Assembly: GCA_944381185.1 (NCBI GenBank)
Contig: CALWKE010000001.1
Coordinates: 456,939-520,938 of the forward strand
Direction: 5' to 3'
DNA from: an uncultured Clostridia bacterium
GTDB lineage: Bacteria; Bacillota; Clostridia; Christensenellales; UBA1242
DNA: 64,000 bases
The position numbers and the translations under genes were made by a program. Every line of letters begins with the position of its first letter. The stretch's first letter is position 1. The notes under the pieces are model-generated. The model was not told the DNA's origin. It saw nothing but the letters and a program-made list of their open reading frames with translations, and did not search any database. Shown piece by piece: positions 37,983 to 47,724 of this stretch.

Positions 37983-39332
37983 TTATTTGTTTAACATTTC
38001 ATCTATTTTTAAATAACTTTTATCAATTTTACTTGATTCTTTTTCGTCAAGCAAAACAATTATTGCAAACATCAAAAACACAAAAAATCTGTCAGTTAAA
38101 ATTGTTTCTTCTAACCCTAGCACCAAAAAAACAAAGAGTGGAAGAAGTTTTTTGAAACTTATATCAAATTTTGTTTCTTTGCTTTTTAAATAAGAGTATG
38201 CAAGCAAACATAACAAAATAACACCAATAAATCCGAACCTGTGAACAACAAACAAATATGTGTTGTGAGAACCAATATCAATGAGGTCTGCCGTAAATAA
38301 TCCCACCCCAAAAAGCATTTTTAAAACTGATGAACGAATATCATTTACATATAATTGCCAAATTGCCGACCTTCCTGTTGTTATTTGATTTATTAACGAA
38401 TTATTTTTGTTGTATGCCAAAAATCTTTCTAACATATCGATAACAAAATCATTGAATATAAAGCAAAGAATAGCAATTCCTGCAAGCACTGGAAGAATAA
38501 CTCTTAATGATTTCTTTTTAAATTTTATGATGAGCAGTATCAGCACATAGCAAACAATTCCAACAAAAACAACTAAAAAGGCTTTAGATAATGTTAAAAT
38601 TCCAACCACCAAACAAAGAATGATTTCTAAAATATTGAATAAAAATTTATCTTTTTTATTTGCAATTTTATAAACACTAAATGAAATCAAAAATAAGCAT
38701 AGCATTGAAAGATAGTTGGTGTGATAAGTAAACAATTTTAGTCTGTAATAAACTCCATCAAAAGGAGCAACGTCAAAAGAATAATTTGAAAACGCAAGTG
38801 AAAACAACGACAAAACTATTGAAACCAAAAGACCTAAAGTTAAAAACTTTAAAGATTTTAAAATATCAATATCTTTGTTCATAACAAAAATTAAATATGT
38901 GCCAACCAAAACAAAAATTATGTTTAGCCCTTGAATAATTCCATTTTGGTCAATTCTATAGTGAATAAGTGAATAACAAACAAGAATAAACAAAGTTAAT
39001 GCAAGTGGAATAACTGCTACTTTTTTTCGTTTTTTAACAACATCAATAATATAGTGAATTAAAAGTGAAACAACCCCCGCAATTTGACCGATCATAAAAT
39101 AATGTTGAACCACCGAAAACATCTCTGAAAACATCAGTAGACATAAAATATCCGTAGGCTTTGAAAAAAGATAAAAAACAATTGCCACAGCAGATGCAAA
39201 AAAATAAAAAGGATACCAAAAGCCCGATAAAAATAAAAATATTGAAATTAAAGAAATAACAAAAAATATTTTATATTTAAATATAAAACTACAAACCTTG
39301 TTATTATTTAATTTTGATAATATTAACTGCAT
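37983..39332 (-). CDS. O-antigen ligase/polymerase-like (Wzy_C) membrane protein
   Basis: At least 10 TM segments. TGRSAIWQ...FGVGLFT...GSHNTYL motif region. Paralogous to 42694..44088. Confidence 0.7.
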   Translation of the reverse strand: MQLILSKLNNNKVCSFIFKYKIFFVISLISIFLFLSGFWYPFYFFASAVAIVFYLFSKPTDILCLLMFSEMFSVVQHYFMIGQIAGVVSLLIHYIIDVVKKRKKVAVIPLALTLFILVCYSLIHYRIDQNGIIQGLNIIFVLVGTYLIFVMNKDIDILKSLKFLTLGLLVSIVLSLFSLAFSNYSFDVAPFDGVYYRLKLFTYHTNYLSMLCLFLISFSVYKIANKKDKFLFNILEIILCLVVGILTLSKAFLVVFVGIVCYVLILLIIKFKKKSLRVILPVLAGIAILCFIFNDFVIDMLERFLAYNKNNSLINQITTGRSAIWQLYVNDIRSSVLKMLFGVGLFTADLIDIGSHNTYLFVVHRFGFIGVILLCLLAYSYLKSKETKFDISFKKLLPLFVFLVLGLEETILTDRFFVFLMFAIIVLLDEKESSKIDKSYLKIDEMLNK

Positions 39333-39334
39333 CT

Positions 39335-40417
39335 CTATCCTTTTATCAACTTTTCAAAAAGTATAATATTATTTGAAAAAACTCTACCTAACTCATATTT
39401 TTTTGAAGTTAAAATTGCGTTTTTCTTGATTTCTTCTTGAAGTTTTAAATTATTTTTAACAAGTCGGAATTTTGAAACAAAACTGTCAAGGTTTCCAAAC
39501 TTATAAAGCACACCATTTTCAAGGTCTGAAATAACATCAACTGCACCCTTAATGTCTGCCGAAAAAACAACTTTGCCCGCCATCATTGCTTCAATTATAT
39601 TAAAGGGGCAACCCTCAATTTTGCTTGCTGAAACATAAAAATCTGTGTTTTCAAGATATTTGCTTATATCTTTTTGATAGCCACAAAAATTAACTTTTTT
39701 ATCAACCTTTAATTTTTTTGCATAGTTAATAAATTTTTGTGTTTTAACCCCATACCCCAGCAAATTAAGTTCAATGTTATAATCAAATTTTTCAAGTGCC
39801 TTAACTGCCTTAATCAAAAACTTTTGATTTTTTCGAGCGGAAAGTTCACCAATAAATGTAAAGACAATCTTGTCATCATGGCGTTCTTTTTGATTAATCC
39901 TTACTCTTGAATTATCAACACCCATTCCGTCAATAAAGAACACTTCGCCTTTTGAAAGTTTATGCTTTTTTGCATATTCAAAATCTTCTCTGTTCATCGT
40001 GACTATGTTGTCTGTTTGCTTTGCCACAAATTTTTCCGCAAGTTCAAGAGCAAATCTTTTAATAGCGCCAACATGTTTGCTAAAAAGATATCCGTGCACA
40101 ATGTTAACCACTTTTGGCTTGTTTTTAAGACCTTTAACTGCACACCTAACATAAAAGGCTGCAAGAGTTGTATTTAAAAAAATTACATCAAACTTATATT
40201 CTTTTAAAATTTTTCTTATTTTTTTAATAATACCTATGTTTTTAATCAAAAAATCTTTCTTTTCAAAATGTATATCAAAATCAGCTTCAAAGCCAAAATC
40301 ATTTTTTGCCATAGTAAAAACATCATAAGTTTTTTTTAACTCATTAATGTATGGCATATGAAAATTTGCAATGTGACTCATTGTTGATGCCACAACTAAA
40401 ATTTTTTTCTTTGTCAT
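39335..40417 (-). CDS. glycosyltransferase family 4 (GT-B)
   Basis: KILVVAST...; EGCPFNIIEAMMAGKVV is the E-x7-E region. SD GAGGAA favours the ATG at 40417. Confidence 0.8.
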   Translation of the reverse strand: MTKKKILVVASTMSHIANFHMPYINELKKTYDVFTMAKNDFGFEADFDIHFEKKDFLIKNIGIIKKIRKILKEYKFDVIFLNTTLAAFYVRCAVKGLKNKPKVVNIVHGYLFSKHVGAIKRFALELAEKFVAKQTDNIVTMNREDFEYAKKHKLSKGEVFFIDGMGVDNSRVRINQKERHDDKIVFTFIGELSARKNQKFLIKAVKALEKFDYNIELNLLGYGVKTQKFINYAKKLKVDKKVNFCGYQKDISKYLENTDFYVSASKIEGCPFNIIEAMMAGKVVFSADIKGAVDVISDLENGVLYKFGNLDSFVSKFRLVKNNLKLQEEIKKNAILTSKKYELGRVFSNNIILFEKLIKG

Positions 40418-40575
40418 TTGTTCCTCAAAGCATGTCTTTTTAATTATCATTATAAATATAATGTCTTTTTTACCTTTTGTCAATTAATGATATTTATAAT
40501 CTTTGGCATAAACAATTGATTTTTTTATAACTATGGTATATAATGTATTACGAGAATAAATTTAGGAGAAATATA

Positions 40576-41463
40576 ATGAAGGAAGAACTTTATAGCAATT
40601 TAAGCATAACAAACTCTTTCTATTCAAAATTTGTTAAAAGATTTTTGGATTTTTCATTGTCACTGACAGCAATAATCATTTTGTCTGCTGTGCTTGTTAT
40701 CTTCTACGTTTTAACCCTGCTATTTCTTGGACGCCCAGCAATCTACAAACAGGCAAGACCGGGCAAAAATCACAAGGTTTTCAATATCTATAAATTTCGT
40801 TCAATGAACAACAAAAAAGATAAAGATGGAAATCTTTTGCCAGATGAACAAAGAATAACCGCTTTTGGCAAATTTTTAAGAAAAACTTCTATTGATGAAC
40901 TTCCACAACTCTTCAACATTTTAAAAGGTGACATGAGTTTTGTTGGTCCAAGACCACGACTTGTTAAAGATATGATGTTCTATGAAAATGAAGTTTTTAA
41001 ATATTATGTTGTTCGTCCGGGTTTAACTGGTCCAACACAGGTTACTGGAAGAAACAAAAACACCTGGGAACAAGTTTTTGAAAAAGATATTGCATATATG
41101 CACAAGATAACTTTTTGGGGCGATGTTAAAATTTTCTTCAAAACATTCACATCAATTTTTAGTTCAACTGGTGAAACCCACTCAAATGCAGAAGAAAACA
41201 AAACAAACACAAAAGAACAAGAATACTACTATGCAGATTACCTTAAACGAACAAGAAAGGTTTCTGATGAACAATATCATTACGGAATTGAACTTTCTGC
41301 AAAAATAGCAAAAGGTGAAAAGCCACTTGTGTTCCATTCCGAAATAAGAGATGCTGAAGCCTTTGAAAAACTTATGGCAAAGCAAGAAGAAAACGAACTT
41401 CAACCAATTCTTCTTGAAGGGGATATTGAAGAAGTTGTTTTAAACAAAACAGAAATTGCATAG
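40576..41463 (+). CDS. polyprenyl-phosphate sugar-phosphate transferase (bacterial sugar transferase family)
   Basis: KRFLDFSLSL, YKFRSM, DELPQLFNILKGDMSFVGPRP. SD AGGAGAA before the ATG at 40576. C-terminal extension of about 100 aa. Confidence 0.85.
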   Translation: MKEELYSNLSITNSFYSKFVKRFLDFSLSLTAIIILSAVLVIFYVLTLLFLGRPAIYKQARPGKNHKVFNIYKFRSMNNKKDKDGNLLPDEQRITAFGKFLRKTSIDELPQLFNILKGDMSFVGPRPRLVKDMMFYENEVFKYYVVRPGLTGPTQVTGRNKNTWEQVFEKDIAYMHKITFWGDVKIFFKTFTSIFSSTGETHSNAEENKTNTKEQEYYYADYLKRTRKVSDEQYHYGIELSAKIAKGEKPLVFHSEIRDAEAFEKLMAKQEENELQPILLEGDIEEVVLNKTEIA

Positions 41464-41494
41464 AAAAACAGCACAAATTTGTGCTGTTTTTTTT
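41464..41494 (+). terminator. intrinsic terminator
   Basis: AAAAACAGCACAAATTTGTGCTGTTTTTTTT. Confidence 0.8.
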
Positions 41495-41540
41495 GTGGAA
41501 AAACCCAACCTGTCAGTTGCCTTCGGCTTTTCTTCCACTC

Positions 41541-41713
41541 TTTCCGTGTTATTCTCTATTGCAGTCGAAGATCCCCCATTTTTTTCGTGTCATTCCAAGC
41601 GAAGTCGAGGGACCCCATTTCTTTCGTATCATTCCGAGCATAGTCGAGGGACCCCATTTCTTTCGTGTCATTCCGAGCATAGTCGAGGAATCCCATAAGT
41701 AGGAATGTGCAAC
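41541..41713. repeat. tandem array of four 39-bp units (first unit degenerate) ending in a hairpin-capable terminal unit
   Basis: cattcc recurs at 41591, 41630 and 41669, with a degenerate attctc at 41552. Unit is tttctttcgtgtcattccgagcatagtcgagggacccca. The last unit ends ggaatcccataagtaggaatg. Confidence 0.9.
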
Positions 41714-41788
41714 TATACAAAGCATTCAACATACCACCGCACAACCGCCTGCACACGCTGGTGTGTTGCGAAGTGTTGTCACCAAAAC

Positions 41789-42688
41789 TTATTCTTCATC
41801 AAAAAACTTTTCTGAATCATAACTATCCAAAAAATTATGTCTGCCCTCATTATCTTTATAGCCAATAATGGTGGCAAGATTCACATTTTGAACACTTCTA
41901 AAAATATTTGTTTCAATTTGAGCATTGTCTTTTTTTAGTTCAGCAATCAACTGCTTAACCTTTTTTCTCTTTGAAGAAAGTTCTCTGTTTTCCTTTTCTT
42001 CCACAGAAATTTTTTCAGTAAACTTGCACGCACAAGCAATAAATTCAAGCCCATTATACTTTGCCCAATTAATGATATCCGCCTCACGAATAAGATACAT
42101 TGGTCTAATTAGTTCCATGCCCTCAAAATTAGTGCTGTGAAATTTGGGCATCATGGTTTGCACTTGCCCACCATAAAGCATACCCATAAGTATTGTTTCA
42201 ATCACATCATCAAAATGATGACCCAGTGCAATTTTGTTGCAACCCAGTCTTTTTGCTTCAGCATAAAGATAACCCCTTCGCATTCTTGCACATAAATAGC
42301 AAGGGGATTTTTCAATTTCAAAAACATTCTCAAAAATATTGCTTGAAAAAATCTGAATTGGAACATTCAAAACTTTTGCATTATATTTTATCTTTTCTAA
42401 ATTTTCAGGGTTATAGCCCGGGTCCATAACCAAAAACACAAGTTCAAAATTAAACTTGTTGTGACGCTTAAGTTCTTGAAAAAGTTTTGCCATAAGCATT
42501 GAATCTTTTCCGCCTGAAATGCAAACGGCAATCTTGTCATTAGGTTCGATTAATTTATATTCATTTAATGCTTTTGCAAACCTTGAAAATAACTGCTTGT
42601 GAAATTTTTTGCGAATAGAAAGTTCCGCTCTGTCACAAACAGACATTTCTTCACTATTAATTTTTTTATTATTTTCTAAATTTTTCAT
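41789..42688 (-). CDS. ttcA: PP-loop ATPase, TtcA-family tRNA thiolation enzyme
   Basis: CISGGKDS PP-loop, CYLCARMRRG, C-terminal CACK cysteines. Confidence 0.75.
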   Translation of the reverse strand: MKNLENNKKINSEEMSVCDRAELSIRKKFHKQLFSRFAKALNEYKLIEPNDKIAVCISGGKDSMLMAKLFQELKRHNKFNFELVFLVMDPGYNPENLEKIKYNAKVLNVPIQIFSSNIFENVFEIEKSPCYLCARMRRGYLYAEAKRLGCNKIALGHHFDDVIETILMGMLYGGQVQTMMPKFHSTNFEGMELIRPMYLIREADIINWAKYNGLEFIACACKFTEKISVEEKENRELSSKRKKVKQLIAELKKDNAQIETNIFRSVQNVNLATIIGYKDNEGRHNFLDSYDSEKFFDEE

Positions 42689-42693
42689 ATTTT

Positions 42694-44088
42694 TTATTTT
42701 ACTACATTATTATTTGGTTCTTCAATAAATTTTTCATTCTTCTGTTTTGTTTCTTCTTTATTATTCTTTTCAAACATTAACATTACTGAAATTATTAAAA
42801 ATACAAATCTTGCATCTAAATTCGTTTCTTGAATTGAATAAATTAAAAATGATAAAAATGGAAGCAGTTTTGTTAAAGAAAAATGCAATTTTTCTTCACA
42901 TGATTTTGCATAGATAATTGCAAGTGCAATAAGTAATAGTGTTCCCACAATTCCAAATCTAAATAGAATTGCAAGATAAAGATTATGTGGACCAATATCA
43001 ACAACATCTAATGTAAATAGTCCCTCACCAAAAATTAATTTAACTGGTGAAGATAAAAGTTCATCAATAAATTTATTCCAAATATCAAGCCTTCCAGTTA
43101 ACATTTCATTAATAATATTAACCTTTCCTATAGGTATAAGTCTGTTTATTATATCTATTATTTGATTATGAAAAATCAAACCCAAAACAATAACCACACT
43201 TGCAAATATTGCAATAGGAAGAATAGATTTCTTTTTATATCTTATAATTAAACATATAATTGCATAAATTATTTCAAATAACAAAACTACTAAAAATGCT
43301 TTTGACAGAGTAAATAATCCAACAACTAATCCACTTACAAAGAATAAAATATCTTCTATTAAAACAAGTTTTGTCATTTTATCATTTATAAGTGAGTGCA
43401 CTGAATAAGCAATAAGAAATAAACAAATATAAGCTAAATGGTTTGTATGGAAAGAAAATAAAACAAGCCTAGTTTCATCACCACTTCCAAATAAAACTTT
43501 ATCTTTTATGCTGATAAAAGAATAATTCCAATTATCAAAAACAAAAACCTTTGCTGAATCTACCCAATACAACATCAAAGTTAAAACAGCCGATACTGCA
43601 ATGCCAGCAAAAAGAGAACGAAATAATTTTCTAAACTTTATTTGGTCACGATAACAAAACATTACATAAATTAAATACATAAAAGCTATTATTAACAGAC
43701 CTTGAAAAAAACTATACTTATTCACTGCATAATGAATCAGCGAATAAATAACAACAATTATAGTTGTTGCAATAAGCGGCCACTTATAAACTTTTACTCG
43801 TTTTTTGCAAATATCAACTATATATTTGATAAAAACAATCAAAAATGTTCCAACGGCGATAACAATATAAAAAACAATCACACCTGAAAACAGTATAAAA
43901 TAAAACGAATAAGCAAAAATATCCTCAATGCTTGATATTGCATATGATGCAAGAATAAAAACCGCCGCAACATAAATTGCAGGATTCCAAAATGTAGAGA
44001 TAAAAAACAACAATGTTCCAACAAACAGTGTAATTATTAATTGATACTTTTTATAAAAGTCAATAATATTTTTCTTTTGAATCTGCAT
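42694..44088 (-). CDS. O-antigen ligase/polymerase-like (Wzy_C) membrane protein
   Basis: Shares long collinear blocks with 37983..39332 (LTLSKAFLVV, TGRLDIWN, FGEGLFT..DIGPHNLYL). Confidence 0.7.
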   Translation of the reverse strand: MQIQKKNIIDFYKKYQLIITLFVGTLLFFISTFWNPAIYVAAVFILASYAISSIEDIFAYSFYFILFSGVIVFYIVIAVGTFLIVFIKYIVDICKKRVKVYKWPLIATTIIVVIYSLIHYAVNKYSFFQGLLIIAFMYLIYVMFCYRDQIKFRKLFRSLFAGIAVSAVLTLMLYWVDSAKVFVFDNWNYSFISIKDKVLFGSGDETRLVLFSFHTNHLAYICLFLIAYSVHSLINDKMTKLVLIEDILFFVSGLVVGLFTLSKAFLVVLLFEIIYAIICLIIRYKKKSILPIAIFASVVIVLGLIFHNQIIDIINRLIPIGKVNIINEMLTGRLDIWNKFIDELLSSPVKLIFGEGLFTLDVVDIGPHNLYLAILFRFGIVGTLLLIALAIIYAKSCEEKLHFSLTKLLPFLSFLIYSIQETNLDARFVFLIISVMLMFEKNNKEETKQKNEKFIEEPNNNVVK

Positions 44089-44276
44089 AAAACACCCAAA
44101 CCAAAATTAATAGAAAATAAAATTTATTTTAAATTAATTTAACAATTATTTCTATACATATAATAAATATTATATTGTTCTTTGTCAAATTGATACATAT
44201 TTAAAATAAACTACATTAACAATATTTTCTTACATTAAATATCAAAACATGTTAACTTATAATTTATATTTAACAT

Positions 44277-44304
44277 AAAAATCTCACAAAATTGTGAGAT
44301 TTTT
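44277..44304 (-). terminator. intrinsic terminator after the CoA-disulfide reductase gene
   Basis: AAAAATCTCACAAAATTGTGAGATTTTT. Confidence 0.75.
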
Positions 44305-44325
44305 ATATATTTTTTATTATTTCTT

Positions 44326-46032
44326 TTAATTTTTTGCGTTTTTTATTTCCATTCCACAAGGCATAATTTTTGAAGAAACACATTTTTCATCGTGCACAAT
44401 TTGATAGTATCTAAATCCACCTGCAAAGTTATATGCATCAAAACCATTTTGCATCAAAATTCTTGTTGCAATGTAACTTCGAAGCCCTGACTGACACATA
44501 ACATAAATCTTTTTGTTTTTATCAAGTTTAGATAACTCTTTTCGCAAACTATCAACAGGAATGTTAACAAAACCATCTGCGTGCCCACGCTTAAACTCAT
44601 TGATTGTTCGCGTGTCTAACAAAAAGGCATTCTTATCTTTTTTTATCTCTTCAAGGTCTTCATAATAAAACTGCTTAACTGTGCCCGTGACAATGTTATC
44701 AATCATAAAGCCTGCCATATTCACAGGATCTTTTGCCGATGAGTATGGCGGAGCATAGGCAAGGTCAAGGTCTTTAAGGTCGCTGGCTTTCATGTTATTA
44801 AACATTGCCGTTGCAATAACATCAATTCGCTTGTCAACCCCTGCATAACCCACAATTTGGGCACCAAAAATTTTCTCTGTTTTAGGGTCAAAAATAACCT
44901 TCATCGTCATTGCCTGTGCACCCGGATAATAAGTTGCATGATTTGCTGGCGAAAGCACAACTTTTTCATAGTTAACGCCTGCCCTTTTTAGCAAACTTTC
45001 ATTGAGCCCAACCATGCCTGTTGTTAAACTAAATAGTTTTAACACCGATGTTCCAAGCCCACCAACAAATTTGCTGTTTCTTCCACAGATATTATCTGCA
45101 ACAATTCTGCCCTGCTTGTTTGCTGGGCCTGCAAGAGATATAACCGCTCTTGTGCCTGTTACCAAATGTTTGATTGACACTGCGTCGCCAACGGCAAAAA
45201 TATCTTTTTCAGAAGTTTCCATTCTTTCATTAACAACAATGCTTCCCTTTTCGCCAAGTTCAAGCCCTGCATCTTTGGCAAGCGAAGTTTCAGGCAAAAC
45301 ACCAATAGCAAGAATTATTATTTGAGATTCAATCTCTTCACCCTCTTCAAAAACAGCCCTGATTCCTGATGCTGTTTCCTTAAACTCAACAACATTTTTG
45401 TTTAAAAGTAAGTTAACACCATTTTTTCGAAGTTCAGCATGCAAAAGGCTTGCCATATCAAAGTCAACAGGGTTTAACACATGGTCACCTTTTTGAACTA
45501 GGTTAACTTTTATTTTTTGTTTTATGAGATTTTCAACCATTTCAAGCCCAATAAACCCACCACCAACCACGGTTGCAGTCTTCACTTTTTGACTTTTTAT
45601 GTAATCAAAAATTTCAAAGGTATCTTCAACTGTTCGAAGTGTGAAAATTTTTTTGCTTCCAACACCAACAACCTCGGGCAAAATTGGGTGAGCACCCGGG
45701 GCAAGCAAAAGTTTGTCATAAGATTCTTCAAAAACATAGTCCTTTGTTAAATCTTTAACAAGAACCGTCTTTTTATCTTTATTAATTTTTATAACTTCAT
45801 GATTCACAAAAACATCAATATTAAACCTTTCTTTAAAACTTTTTGGCGTTTGAAGAGTAAGGTCTTCTCTGTTTTCAATCTCGCCACCAATGAAATATGG
45901 AAGCCCACAATTTGCATATGAAACATAGCCCGTGCGTTCAAAGATTTTTATCTCGGCACTTTCATCAAGTCTTCTAATTCTTGCTGCTGCCGATGCACCA
46001 CCAGCAACTCCGCCAACAATAACAACTTTCAT
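44326..46032 (-). CDS. cdr: CoA-disulfide reductase with C-terminal rhodanese domain
   Basis: VVIVGGVAGGASAA, SYANCGLPY redox Cys, second dinucleotide fold, C-terminal CQSGLRS rhodanese loop. Confidence 0.85.
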   Translation of the reverse strand: MKVVIVGGVAGGASAAARIRRLDESAEIKIFERTGYVSYANCGLPYFIGGEIENREDLTLQTPKSFKERFNIDVFVNHEVIKINKDKKTVLVKDLTKDYVFEESYDKLLLAPGAHPILPEVVGVGSKKIFTLRTVEDTFEIFDYIKSQKVKTATVVGGGFIGLEMVENLIKQKIKVNLVQKGDHVLNPVDFDMASLLHAELRKNGVNLLLNKNVVEFKETASGIRAVFEEGEEIESQIIILAIGVLPETSLAKDAGLELGEKGSIVVNERMETSEKDIFAVGDAVSIKHLVTGTRAVISLAGPANKQGRIVADNICGRNSKFVGGLGTSVLKLFSLTTGMVGLNESLLKRAGVNYEKVVLSPANHATYYPGAQAMTMKVIFDPKTEKIFGAQIVGYAGVDKRIDVIATAMFNNMKASDLKDLDLAYAPPYSSAKDPVNMAGFMIDNIVTGTVKQFYYEDLEEIKKDKNAFLLDTRTINEFKRGHADGFVNIPVDSLRKELSKLDKNKKIYVMCQSGLRSYIATRILMQNGFDAYNFAGGFRYYQIVHDEKCVSSKIMPCGMEIKNAKN

Positions 46033-46344
46033 TTATCTTTCAATCTCCCCTTTATAACTTGCAATTCCGCCAATATTTTCAGTGTTAACATAACCTAAAA
46101 AATTTAATTTTCGAGTGGCATCAGCACTTCTTGCACCGCTGTAACAATATGTGTAAATTTTTGTGTTTTTATCTTTCACAAGTTCTTCAATTTTTTGAAT
46201 TTCATCAAGCGGAAGGTTCACACTTTTTGGAATATGCCCTTCTTCAAATTCTTCTCTTGTTCTAACATCAAGAAGCACCGCATTTTTTTGAGCATTAAAC
46301 TCTTTTACACCACTATTAATATCATTACCAAAAAAATTAAACAT
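46033..46344 (-). CDS. single-domain rhodanese
   Basis: LLDVRTREEF, CYSGARS active-site loop. Its TAA abuts the cdr ATG. Confidence 0.8.
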   Translation of the reverse strand: MFNFFGNDINSGVKEFNAQKNAVLLDVRTREEFEEGHIPKSVNLPLDEIQKIEELVKDKNTKIYTYCYSGARSADATRKLNFLGYVNTENIGGIASYKGEIER

Positions 46345-46484
46345 AGACTCTCCTATTTAACATTATATTAAGATTATACAAAATTAAACTTTCTTTGTAA
46401 AACAAAAACAAAATTCAAAATTAGTTGGTTAAGGGCAATTTGTTTTAATAACCAAAATAAAAAAGTGTATTTCTACACCCCCCT

Positions 46485-46829
46485 TTATTTTAGTTTTAAT
46501 GCATATTTAATCGTTTGCAAGTTTCGACCAATTTCAAACGCACCCGCCTGCATAATGATGTTTCTGAATCTATAGTCACTATCTTTAACTTCAAACAAAA
46601 CACCCAATCTTTCACCCTGCTTTAACACTTTTAAAAGTTCGCCAAACAAAAACTTTCCATATCCATTAGACTGAAACTCTTTCAAAACAAAAATTTCAAT
46701 AGGGTTTGTTTCTCTGTTAAAAAGATATCCAAAGCCAACTTCTTTGCCGTCAACTTTTAAAATATATTTATCTGCAAGTTCTCTGTCTGAAACATCGGCT
46801 TTAATCACTTCTTTTAACTCTTTTATCAT
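46485..46829 (-). CDS. small GNAT-like acetyltransferase
   Basis: VLKEFQSNGYGKFLFGELLK resembles the GNAT motif A region. ATGA overlap with the upstream gene. Confidence 0.5.
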   Translation of the reverse strand: MIKELKEVIKADVSDRELADKYILKVDGKEVGFGYLFNRETNPIEIFVLKEFQSNGYGKFLFGELLKVLKQGERLGVLFEVKDSDYRFRNIIMQAGAFEIGRNLQTIKYALKLK

Positions 46830-47665
46830 TCACCCATTTCTCCCCTTTCAACTTTTCTTATTTTATAGTCATAAAAATCTTTAAAACTGTCATGACTACT
46901 ATATGTTTTTTCTAGTTCTTCAAGCAACCTATCCTTTTCATCTTTACTTTTTGTTCGCAAAAACTCTTTGTATTTTTTAATCAGAAAATCCGTTAACTGC
47001 TCTTCATTCAAAACAACCTTCTTTTCAGAGTCTGAATAACTTTTTAAACAAGACTTTCCCGTTAACCCCCAATCTGCATCATAGTCATTTTCTAACTTAA
47101 GGTCGTCATCAAGCAAACTAATCATATAAGCCGAATAGGTTTTAACAAAATCAATTTCGTTTACTTCTGCATTAAAAGAATACTTTTCTCTTAACCTTTT
47201 AATTGCCACTTTATCTTGCGGATTTATTTTTGAAAGTTCACTTAAATAATGCATTTTCATAACATGAAAACGATGCATTCCATTTTGAGCAACAATATAT
47301 TTTCCACTATCAACTTCGTTTAAGCAAATTGGCTCTTTTTTGTTGCTTTCTTCAAAGGCAGACATCGCTTCGCCCAGTGGAATATTAAGCATTGAAAGTG
47401 AACGAGTGTGATAGGTTTCACCTTTTTCATCAAAAAAGGAAGAAAGATTGTCAATAATGTTATCAGGACTGCCATAGTTATAATCACAGCCAATAACATC
47501 TGCTATTGAAACTTTCTTTACTCTTTTTTTAGGTTTAAACAAACCATAACAACAAACAACCTTGTTTACATCAAAACCCCTTTTTGATTTACACTCTTCA
47601 AGTTCTTTTGCTTTTAAAGCATCTAACCCTAATCTTTTTAAAAATTCTTGTATTGTTTTATTCAT
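46826..47665 (-). CDS. hypothetical protein, possible ParB/Srx-like N-terminal fold
   Basis: ICLNEVDSGKYIVAQNGMHRFHVMK resembles the ParB-like DGxHR strand-helix. Otherwise unknown. Confidence 0.35.
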   Translation of the reverse strand: MNKTIQEFLKRLGLDALKAKELEECKSKRGFDVNKVVCCYGLFKPKKRVKKVSIADVIGCDYNYGSPDNIIDNLSSFFDEKGETYHTRSLSMLNIPLGEAMSAFEESNKKEPICLNEVDSGKYIVAQNGMHRFHVMKMHYLSELSKINPQDKVAIKRLREKYSFNAEVNEIDFVKTYSAYMISLLDDDLKLENDYDADWGLTGKSCLKSYSDSEKKVVLNEEQLTDFLIKKYKEFLRTKSKDEKDRLLEELEKTYSSHDSFKDFYDYKIRKVERGEMGE

Positions 47666-47724
47666 AATTTTATTTTAATAGTTTTTTATAGTTCCTGTCA
47701 ATTTTAATAAAAATTAGCCTAAAA

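Noticed and set aside
41541-41713. Possible CRISPR array.
   Set aside because: The units are contiguous with no unique spacers, there are only four copies, and no cas genes are in the window.
41456-41756. ORFs of 66-80 aa on both strands across the repeat array (HFFRVIPSEVEGP... / LDYARNDTKEMGS...).
   Set aside because: They are open only because the repeat period is 39 nt (13 codons). All frames are periodic, there is no SD, and the same sequence recurs in a non-coding context at 1655-1720.
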